Shown one piece after another: positions 19,103 through 26,453 of a stretch of 35,518 nucleotides of DNA. Within the stretch, counting starts at the first letter, position 1. Every line of letters starts with the position of its first letter. The translations under genes and the position numbers were made by a program. The stretch covers positions 1-35,518 of the forward strand of contig DAOWNP010000001.1 of the NCBI GenBank assembly GCA_030642545.1, written 5' to 3'. The DNA comes from Desulfobacteraceae bacterium. GTDB taxonomy: Bacteria; Desulfobacterota; Desulfobacteria; Desulfobacterales; DAOWNP01. The notes under the pieces were generated by a model. The model was not told the origin of the DNA. It ran no database searches and saw only the letters and a list, made by a program, of their open reading frames with translations.

Positions 19103-19169
19103 AATTTTCCAATCATTTTTTTTTACATACGCTACATAATTTTTTAAAGATAATTCTGGAGATAATTCA

Positions 19170-19928
19170 ATGCAAAACAGAGTACCACTTATAGCCGGCA
19201 ACTGGAAAATGTACAAAAACTGTTTTGAGGCTGAGCATACAGCAGACGAATTAGTGAAACTTGTATCAGATGTTAAAAATATTGATATAATGATAGCTCC
19301 TTCTTTTACCAGCCTTGCATTAGTTAACAAAAAAATCAGCGGGTCAAATATTAGCCTGGGAGCCCAAAATATCTTTTGGGAAGATGAGGGTGCTTTTACC
19401 GGTGAAATTTCAAAAAACATGCTAATTTCAGCAGGATGTACCTATGTAATAATAGGTCATTCTGAACGAAGACAATATTTTAATGAAACAAATAAAACAG
19501 TAAACAAAAAAATCAAAACCACACTTGAGTCAAAGCTTAAACCTGTACTATGTATAGGTGAAACAGAGCTGGAAAGAGAATCAAAAAAAACATTTTCTGT
19601 TCTTGACAAACAGATCAAAGATGGGTTACAAGATTTTACTTTAGAGGATCTTGATTCTCTATCTATAGCTTATGAACCTGTATGGGCAATAGGGACTGGT
19701 AAAACAGCCACAAAAGAGCAAGCTCAAGAAGTTCATAAGTTTATACGTTCTTTAATTAGTAAAGAGTTCAATACAGAATTAGCTTCATCCATGAGAATAA
19801 TTTATGGAGGAAGCGTGAAGCCTGATAATATCTCAGAATTAATGAACATGACTGATATAGACGGTGCTTTAGTTGGCGGTGCAAGTCTAAAATCTAAATC
19901 TTTTAGCAAAATTATTAAATTTGAATAA
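19170..19928 (+). CDS. tpiA: triose-phosphate isomerase
   Basis: AGNWKM, GHSERR, AYEPVWAIGTG and GGASL motifs. Confidence 0.97.
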   Translation: MQNRVPLIAGNWKMYKNCFEAEHTADELVKLVSDVKNIDIMIAPSFTSLALVNKKISGSNISLGAQNIFWEDEGAFTGEISKNMLISAGCTYVIIGHSERRQYFNETNKTVNKKIKTTLESKLKPVLCIGETELERESKKTFSVLDKQIKDGLQDFTLEDLDSLSIAYEPVWAIGTGKTATKEQAQEVHKFIRSLISKEFNTELASSMRIIYGGSVKPDNISELMNMTDIDGALVGGASLKSKSFSKIIKFE

Positions 19929-19933
19929 GACAA

Positions 19934-20422
19934 ATGACTTTATTTATTAATATAATTCATATTTTTTCTTGTATAGTTCTGATAATGATAGTACTTCTGC
20001 AAACTGGTAAAGGTACTGACATGGGTTCTGCTTTTGGCGGAGGAACAAGCCAAACTTTATTTGGAAGTACAGGTGCCTCAACTTTCTTAAGCAAAGTTAC
20101 AACTATCATGGCTATTATTTTTATGTTGACTTGCTTTACATTGGCATATATATCTACCAATTCAAGTACAAACAGTAACAGTATAATGAAAAATAAAGCA
20201 TCAGATACACAAACAACTATTCCTGTATCTAATACTGTAAAAGAGAAAATTCCTTTAAATGAATCTCATGATACTGTAAAGGATACGCCTTTAAATAAAG
20301 TTTCTGATGATGATATCGTTAATGATACATCTTTAAATAGTAAGCAGCATACACCTGAAGTTAATAAAACTGAAGTTGAGAATGCAGTTGTGGGGCAGCC
20401 AATAGTAAAAAAGAACCTGTAA
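19934..20422 (+). CDS. secG: preprotein translocase subunit SecG with long hydrophilic C-terminal extension
   Basis: Two TM helices flank LQTGKGTDMGSAFGGG. It lies in the tpiA-secG-tRNA-Leu arrangement. About 80 extra Ser/Thr/Asn/Asp-rich residues follow. Confidence 0.9.
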   Translation: MTLFINIIHIFSCIVLIMIVLLQTGKGTDMGSAFGGGTSQTLFGSTGASTFLSKVTTIMAIIFMLTCFTLAYISTNSSTNSNSIMKNKASDTQTTIPVSNTVKEKIPLNESHDTVKDTPLNKVSDDDIVNDTSLNSKQHTPEVNKTEVENAVVGQPIVKKNL

Positions 20423-20472
20423 AAAATGAAGCAAATGAAGTAAACAAAAATATAAATTAATAAAAATCTCTT

Positions 20473-20559
20473 GCCGAAGTGGTGGAATTTGGTAGACACG
20501 CTATCTTGAGGGGGTAGTGGTTTACGCTCGTGCCGGTTCAAGTCCGGCCTTCGGCACCA
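20473..20559 (+). tRNA. tRNA-Leu (anticodon GAG), CCA encoded
   Basis: Folded by hand as a cloverleaf: acceptor GCCGAAG/CTTCGGC, anticodon stem CTATC/GGTAG with loop TTGAGGG, a long variable arm, and T arm GCCGG-TTCAAGT-CCGGC. Confidence 0.95.
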
Positions 20560-20573
20560 AATTATATAAAAAA

Positions 20574-20611
20574 AGCCGTTTTTACTAAATTTTAGTGAAA
20601 ATGGCTTTTTT
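20574..20611. terminator. bidirectional rho-independent terminator between tRNA-Leu and the convergent histidine kinase gene
   Basis: A ~15-bp stem (AGCCGTTTTTACTAA / TTAGTGAAAATGGCT, two G-U pairs) is flanked by an A-run upstream and a T-run downstream. Confidence 0.7.
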
Positions 20612-20614
20612 ATT

Positions 20615-22072
20615 TTAATTTATCTCATTTTCTATTTTAGGTAAAAAAACTTCAAAAACTGATCCTTTTTTTCGCTTGCTGTTAACAGTAATATATCCGT
20701 TATGACTTACTACAATACCATGAACAACAGAAAGACCTAAGCCTGTACCCTCTCCTATTCGTTTAGTTGTAAAAAAAGGATCAAAAATTCTTTCAACATC
20801 TTTTTTAGATATTCCGTCTCCTGTATCTTTTACAGTAAGTTTAATAAGTTTATCTGTTTTTATACCGGACAATCTGGATAGTTCATCTGTTTTAATAGTT
20901 TCAAGCTCAATATATAGAGTTCCTCCATTTTTCATAGCTTGTGCTGCATTACTACAAAGATTCATAACAAGTTGTTGAATTTGTATGGGATTTGCTAAAA
21001 CTTTTCCTGTATTATTTCCTATAGATTGTTTTATTTTTACTGTGGAAGGAATCATTGGTCTTAACATTTTTAAGATATCTTTAACTATTGCAGAAAGTTC
21101 TACAATTTTTTGCTCAACTTCAGAATTTTTGCTAAAAGTTAACATCTGCTCTACAAGATCTCTTGCTCTTTTACTTGCTATTATAACCTGTTGCATAGAA
21201 TATTCTGTTTCTGTACCTGCCGGTATATCTTCTAACGCAAGCTCTGTGTTTAAAAGAATAGAGCCTAATATGCTGTTAAAATCATGGGCTATGCCGCCGA
21301 CTAAAGTTCCAATAGCTTTCATTTTTTGTGCATGAATTAACATAAGTTCAAGTTGATTTTCACGGGTTATATCTCTTCTCACGGAAATATATCTACAGGT
21401 TTCTCCTGTTTCATTTTGTATTGGTGAAAAAGTTAATTCAACATCATAAAAACTTCCATCTTTTCTTTTACAATTATGTCTTCCTATCCACCTTTGATTG
21501 TTTAAAAGAACTTTTTTAATTTCAGTCTTAAATAAATTTTTATGTTTTTTACCTTCAATTATTAGTAAATTCTTTCCTATCAATTCACATTGTTTGTAAC
21601 CAGTATTTTTTTTAAAAGCGTTATTTACATATTCAATTGTTCCATTTATATCAATTATGGCAACTCCTTCTCTTATTTGATCAATAGCCATTGCAAGATG
21701 AACATGTTTTTGGTCTGTTTTTTCTATACATGTTGTATCAATCAAAGTAATTATTGCTCCGCGTAAAAAGGGAACAATCTTTATATAGAGAAGTTTATTG
21801 TTGTATTTTATATTGGAAAATTCTTTTAAGACTGGTGTTTTAAAGCTTTTTAAAAGCTCTTTATTCATATTTGTATTTTCTGTTTTTATATAATCAATAA
21901 ACATGAAATCATTGATTTGGGGAGGTTTATATCCAACCCATGTTTTTATACAATTATGCTTTATAATTTGTGTGTTTTTATTAACAATAATTGTTTCAAT
22001 GGGATTATTAAAAAAAAGAGCCTTGTATATTTCTTCACTTTCAGATAAATTATTGATTTGTATTTTCCCCAT
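20615..22072 (-). CDS. cytoplasmic PAS-domain sensor histidine kinase
   Basis: There is no TM segment. A PAS module is present (AIIDINGTIEYVNNAF...GY...ELIGKN), with an H-box GGIAHDFNSIL and HATPase N and G boxes (NLCSNAAQA, DTGDGI, GTGLGLS). Confidence 0.9.
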   Translation of the reverse strand: MGKIQINNLSESEEIYKALFFNNPIETIIVNKNTQIIKHNCIKTWVGYKPPQINDFMFIDYIKTENTNMNKELLKSFKTPVLKEFSNIKYNNKLLYIKIVPFLRGAIITLIDTTCIEKTDQKHVHLAMAIDQIREGVAIIDINGTIEYVNNAFKKNTGYKQCELIGKNLLIIEGKKHKNLFKTEIKKVLLNNQRWIGRHNCKRKDGSFYDVELTFSPIQNETGETCRYISVRRDITRENQLELMLIHAQKMKAIGTLVGGIAHDFNSILGSILLNTELALEDIPAGTETEYSMQQVIIASKRARDLVEQMLTFSKNSEVEQKIVELSAIVKDILKMLRPMIPSTVKIKQSIGNNTGKVLANPIQIQQLVMNLCSNAAQAMKNGGTLYIELETIKTDELSRLSGIKTDKLIKLTVKDTGDGISKKDVERIFDPFFTTKRIGEGTGLGLSVVHGIVVSHNGYITVNSKRKKGSVFEVFLPKIENEIN

Positions 22073-22321
22073 TTATAATCTTCCATGTAAAGATTTCAAA
22101 TTTTTTAATACAATGATTTATTAAAGTTTAAAATTGTTTTTTTATATTACTTAATCATCAAGTAATAATATTTATTTTAAATATTGTAATCTATGAGATA
22201 TTAAAAGTATACTTATCCTTTTATGATAATATATAGAACAATAAGTAAAGAAAAGATTTAAAATAAATATTAATATTAATTCTTAAAAGAGAAAAAACAA
22301 GCATATTAAAGTATTTAATTT

Positions 22322-22330
22322 TGCTATAAA
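22322..22330 (+). promoter_or_regulatory. candidate extended -10 element TGCTATAAA for the downstream four-gene operon
   Basis: The TGn + TATAAA element lies ~40 nt upstream of the ATG at 22372. AAGGA SD lies at 22361-22365. Confidence 0.25.
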
Positions 22331-22371
22331 TCTACAATATTTTATTCTCTTTTTATTTAAAAGGAAATTTT

Positions 22372-23121
22372 ATGTCATTTTCAATTGCTCTTGCAGGTAA
22401 AGGTGGTACCGGTAAAACTACAGTATCAGGAATGCTGATAAAGTACCTTGTTAAAAAAGGAAAAACTCCAATTCTTGCTGTTGATGCAGATTCAAATGCT
22501 AATTTAAATGAGGTTTTAGGGTTTGTTGTTACAGATACATTAGGTGATATCAGAGAAGAAATGAAAAAAGGAAATGTTCCGCGGGGAATGACTAAAGATA
22601 TTTTTATTTCAATGAAAATGGAACAGGCTGTAGCAGAGTCTGATGGTTATGATTTGATTGTTATGGGACGACCCGAAGGATCAGGATGCTATTGTGCTGC
22701 AAACACACTGCTTACCGGGTTTTTAGAAAAGCTTTCTAAAAATTATTCTTATATTGTTATGGATAATGAAGCTGGAATGGAACATATAAGCAGACTTACT
22801 ACAAATAATGTAGATGTTTTGCTTATTGTTTCAGACACATCAAGAAGGAGTATTGAGTCTGGTATCAAAATTCACGAGCTTGCCAAAAATTTGAATATAG
22901 GTATTAAAAAAAGTTATATGATTATAAATCAAATCAAAGAGCCAGTAGCAGATATTGTATTAAATCGTTTAAAAGAGGCAGGGCTTGAACTGGCAGGTTC
23001 TATTCCTGAAGATAAAATGATTTATGAGTTTGATTTAAATGGTCAGCCAACTGTAGAAATGCCGGAAGATAGTAATTCTGTAAAAGCTGCATTTACAATT
23101 TTTGATAAAATAATAGATTAA
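22372..23121 (+). CDS. CooC/AcsF-family MinD-type P-loop NTPase (metallocentre maturation type)
   Basis: Deviant Walker A GKGGTGKTT, the switch region VDADSNANL, and the CxC metal motif in GSGCYCAAN that is characteristic of CooC. Confidence 0.85.
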   Translation: MSFSIALAGKGGTGKTTVSGMLIKYLVKKGKTPILAVDADSNANLNEVLGFVVTDTLGDIREEMKKGNVPRGMTKDIFISMKMEQAVAESDGYDLIVMGRPEGSGCYCAANTLLTGFLEKLSKNYSYIVMDNEAGMEHISRLTTNNVDVLLIVSDTSRRSIESGIKIHELAKNLNIGIKKSYMIINQIKEPVADIVLNRLKEAGLELAGSIPEDKMIYEFDLNGQPTVEMPEDSNSVKAAFTIFDKIID

Positions 23122-23123
23122 AA

Positions 23124-23957
23124 ATGAAGATACCATATAATACTCTTTATATCTATTATCTCGAAGGTCAGGTAAAATACAGAAAAGATTTGGGATTTGG
23201 TGAAAATTTTATTGGAAACTGGCAGGAGGAGGATTCATCATTTCTTTTTTTTGACAGTCCTGCTGATGATGATGTTCAAAATCTATTGGAAAAACAGCCT
23301 CATCTTATTCTTGCAGATTCTTATAATATGGACTATGAAGAGTGGCAGGGAGGGATAGATCCATTTATTGAAATTGGAAGTTTTATTGTCTATCCTCCCT
23401 GGAATGATATAGATAACAATATAGATAAAGAACATAATCAAATCCCTATAATTCTTGATCCTGGTGTAGTATTTGGGACAGGCACACATTTTACCACAAA
23501 AGATTGTCTTGAAGCTATTGAGATTGCGTGTTATAGCTATAATATTAAAACAGCTTCTGATTTAGGATCAGGAACAGGTCTGCTTTCTCTTGCCGCAGCA
23601 AAATCAGGGATTGATAAAGTTATTGCTGTTGATTTTAATTTTCTTGCTGCAAAAACTACTTATAATAATATACTTTTAAATAATTTTGAAAACAGAATAA
23701 TATCTGTTCAGGGTCTTGCTCAAGACTTTATTTGTAGACCTGTTGATCTTTTAATTACAAATATTCATTATGATGTAATGAAAGATATTATTGCTGTAAA
23801 AGAGTTTTTAAATACAAAGGTTTTTATTCTTTCAGGTTTGTTAAGATCCCAGTTTCGTGAAGTTTTATATCAATTATCAAAGTATCCGGTAAAAATAATT
23901 AAAACCTGGGAAGGAGATGGTATCTGGCATACTGTTTTAGGAGAAGTAGCTCAATAA
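23124..23957 (+). CDS. PrmA-family class I SAM-dependent methyltransferase (L11 methyltransferase-like)
   Basis: LDPGVVFGTGTHFTT and DLGSGTGLLSLAAAKSG..VIAVDFN motifs. The N-terminal domain is divergent, so bona fide prmA is not certain. Confidence 0.75.
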   Translation: MKIPYNTLYIYYLEGQVKYRKDLGFGENFIGNWQEEDSSFLFFDSPADDDVQNLLEKQPHLILADSYNMDYEEWQGGIDPFIEIGSFIVYPPWNDIDNNIDKEHNQIPIILDPGVVFGTGTHFTTKDCLEAIEIACYSYNIKTASDLGSGTGLLSLAAAKSGIDKVIAVDFNFLAAKTTYNNILLNNFENRIISVQGLAQDFICRPVDLLITNIHYDVMKDIIAVKEFLNTKVFILSGLLRSQFREVLYQLSKYPVKIIKTWEGDGIWHTVLGEVAQ

Positions 23958-23990
23958 ATAATATCAATATTTAATCAAAAAAGAGGGCAA

Positions 23991-24830
23991 ATGATTATTA
24001 AATGCTGGGGTGCTCGCGGTTCAATTCCTGTTTCCGGGAAAAAATATATTAAATACGGAGGAGATACAACTTGTCTGGAAATAAGAACAAAAAATAATGA
24101 TATAATTATTATTGATGCGGGAACAGGTATTAGACGACTTGGCATAAGTTTAACAAATGAAAAAAAATTTTCTTATCATTTTCTCTTTACTCATACTCAT
24201 TGGGATCATTTAATGGGATTTCCTTTTTTTAAGCCTCTTTATGATAACAGAGCTATTCTTTATATTTATAAGTGTCCTTTTCCAGATGGTTATATAAAAA
24301 AAACTATTACACGTATATTGTCACCTCCAAATTTTCCTGTTCGTTATTCCGATTTGAGTGCAAAAATAGTTTACAGGAAGGGATGCCCTGATAGTTTTAA
24401 TATAGGTTCTGTTTTAATAGAACCTGTAGCTCTTAGTCATCCAAATAAAGGCTGCGGGTATAAAATTATTGAAGATGGTAAAACTTTTGTTTTTCTTACA
24501 GATAATGAAATAGGTTTTGTTCATCAGGGAGGACTTGTTTTTGATGATTATGTAAAATTTTCAAAAGGAGCTGACCTTTTAATTCATGATGCTGAATATA
24601 CTCCAGAAGAGTATAGAAAAACTGTCAAATGGGGGCATTCTACATATACAGATGCTGTAAAACTTGCCATTAAAGCAAATGTAAAAGAATTAGGTCTTTT
24701 TCATATTAATCCTGAAAGAACAGATGATCAAATGGATAAAATTGTAAAAAAAAGCCGGAAGTTACTTTTAGAAAAAAAAGCTGATATTAAATGTTTTGGA
24801 GTACAGTCTGATGCTGTATATTATCTTTAA
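23991..24830 (+). CDS. MBL-fold metallo-hydrolase
   Basis: RGSIPVSG..YGGDTTCLEI, the HxHxDH motif (THTHWDH), and the distal HDAEY and WGHST motifs. Confidence 0.85.
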   Translation: MIIKCWGARGSIPVSGKKYIKYGGDTTCLEIRTKNNDIIIIDAGTGIRRLGISLTNEKKFSYHFLFTHTHWDHLMGFPFFKPLYDNRAILYIYKCPFPDGYIKKTITRILSPPNFPVRYSDLSAKIVYRKGCPDSFNIGSVLIEPVALSHPNKGCGYKIIEDGKTFVFLTDNEIGFVHQGGLVFDDYVKFSKGADLLIHDAEYTPEEYRKTVKWGHSTYTDAVKLAIKANVKELGLFHINPERTDDQMDKIVKKSRKLLLEKKADIKCFGVQSDAVYYL

Positions 24831-24876
24831 TTATTTTGGAAAATTGCAGGATTATTGAAAACAATGGGATATATAA

Positions 24877-26439
24877 ATGAAAGATAGTTTAAGTGAAAAC
24901 AGCTGGGTTAAAAATATTTTTCTGGAAAAGCCATCCTTAGATAATAATATAGCAGATGCAGACAGACTGGCTTTTGCTTTAAAGTCAGAGCTTAAGGTAG
25001 ATTATATTGATATAGATTTTAATCTTTTAAAAGAGATTCCTTATATATTAAGAGATGCAAATTATAATGTTTCGTGTGTTTTGTTTAATTTGCAAAACAG
25101 ATGGAGTCTTGCAGGAATTGTAGATATAAAAAAAAAAGATATGCTGTTTGGTCTTGCAGTTGATCTTGGAACTACCCGTGTTGTAATGCGTTTGTTAAAT
25201 CTGGCTTGTAATGAAATATTAATTGAGACAGCTTTTGATAACCCGCAAATTAAAATTGCTCCGGATATTTTAAACAGAATACATTATGCTGATTCAAAAG
25301 AGGGACTTTGTGAGTTAAAAAGTCTTATAACAGATGGATGGAATGAAAATATAGCTTTAATGTGTAAAAAAACCGGTATGGATTCAAACAATATTCATCT
25401 TGTTTCTGTTGCCGGGAATACAGCAATGACCCATCTTTTTTTAGGAATTGTTCCTAAATGGATAATACGCGAACCATATATTCCTGTTGTAAATGTTCCA
25501 GCTCTTATAAGAGCATCAGAAATTGGTATAAACATAAGTCCTTTTGCCAAAGTTTTTGTATTTCCTAATATAGGAAGTTATTTTGGAGGGGATCTTATAG
25601 CAGGAATTTTATATTCAGGTATATACAAAAAAAAAGAGACCTCTATTCTTGTTGATGTAGGGACAAATGCTGAGGTTGTTTTAGGTAATAGCGATTGGCT
25701 TGTAGCCTGTGCTGGTGCTGCAGGTCCTGCTCTTGAAGGAGGCGTTACCAAGATAGGGATGATGGCAGCTCCTGGTGTTATCGACAGGGTTATTATAAAT
25801 CCAGAAACATTGGAGTTTAATATACACACTATAGATGAAAAAACACCTGTGGGTATTTGTGGATCAGGGCTTATTGATCTTTGCGCACAACTTTTTCTTT
25901 CTGGTATTTTAGATATAAGGGGTAAATTTATAATTTCTGCTGCCAATGTAAATATACAGGAACAAGATGGTATAAAACATCTTATTCTTGTACCAAAAAA
26001 AGATTCTAAAACAGGGTTAGATCTCACTATAAGTCAGATTGATATTGACAGCCTTATAAGGTCAAAAGCTGCAATGTTTACTATTTTAGAAACAATAGTT
26101 AGAACTGTAGGCGTATCGTTATCTGAGATTGCAACTTTTTATGTAGCAGGAACTTTTGGTTCTTTTATTAATCCGAAATCTGCTATATCAATAGGAATGC
26201 TTCCGGATCTTTGCTTGGATTCATACGTCAGTATAGGTAACAGTTCTTTAGAAGGTGCTACAATAGCACTTTTTGATAATAAATCTATAGAAGAATTAAA
26301 TAAAATAAGAGATCAGATAACTTATATTGAATTGAATGTGAATCATGAATTTATGAACAGATTTAGTGCAGCAAAATTTTTACCTCATACAGACCGTTCT
26401 AAATTTCCATCTGTAAAATCAGGTTCTTTACTGGATTAG
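24877..26439 (+). CDS. ASKHA-fold ATPase of the DUF4445/RACo (corrinoid reductive activase) family, without Fe-S domain
   Basis: DLGTT, GNTAMTHLFLG, DVGTNAEVVLG and AGAAGPALEGG motifs. The first 100 residues contain a single Cys, so no ferredoxin-type cluster domain is present. Confidence 0.85.
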   Translation: MKDSLSENSWVKNIFLEKPSLDNNIADADRLAFALKSELKVDYIDIDFNLLKEIPYILRDANYNVSCVLFNLQNRWSLAGIVDIKKKDMLFGLAVDLGTTRVVMRLLNLACNEILIETAFDNPQIKIAPDILNRIHYADSKEGLCELKSLITDGWNENIALMCKKTGMDSNNIHLVSVAGNTAMTHLFLGIVPKWIIREPYIPVVNVPALIRASEIGINISPFAKVFVFPNIGSYFGGDLIAGILYSGIYKKKETSILVDVGTNAEVVLGNSDWLVACAGAAGPALEGGVTKIGMMAAPGVIDRVIINPETLEFNIHTIDEKTPVGICGSGLIDLCAQLFLSGILDIRGKFIISAANVNIQEQDGIKHLILVPKKDSKTGLDLTISQIDIDSLIRSKAAMFTILETIVRTVGVSLSEIATFYVAGTFGSFINPKSAISIGMLPDLCLDSYVSIGNSSLEGATIALFDNKSIEELNKIRDQITYIELNVNHEFMNRFSAAKFLPHTDRSKFPSVKSGSLLD

Positions 26440-26453
26440 TATTAAGAATGTTT

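Noticed and set aside
20266-20541. A 91-aa minus-strand ORF spanning the secG 3' end and tRNA-Leu(GAG).
   Set aside because: It overlaps a well-folding tRNA and the secG coding region, and it has no motifs. It is spurious.
22145-22167. An 8-bp perfect palindrome TATTACTT-N7-AAGTAATA, ~75 nt upstream of the histidine kinase start.
   Set aside because: It is composed almost entirely of A/T in a 299-nt, extremely AT-rich spacer. Such palindromes are expected by chance, and it has no second copy.
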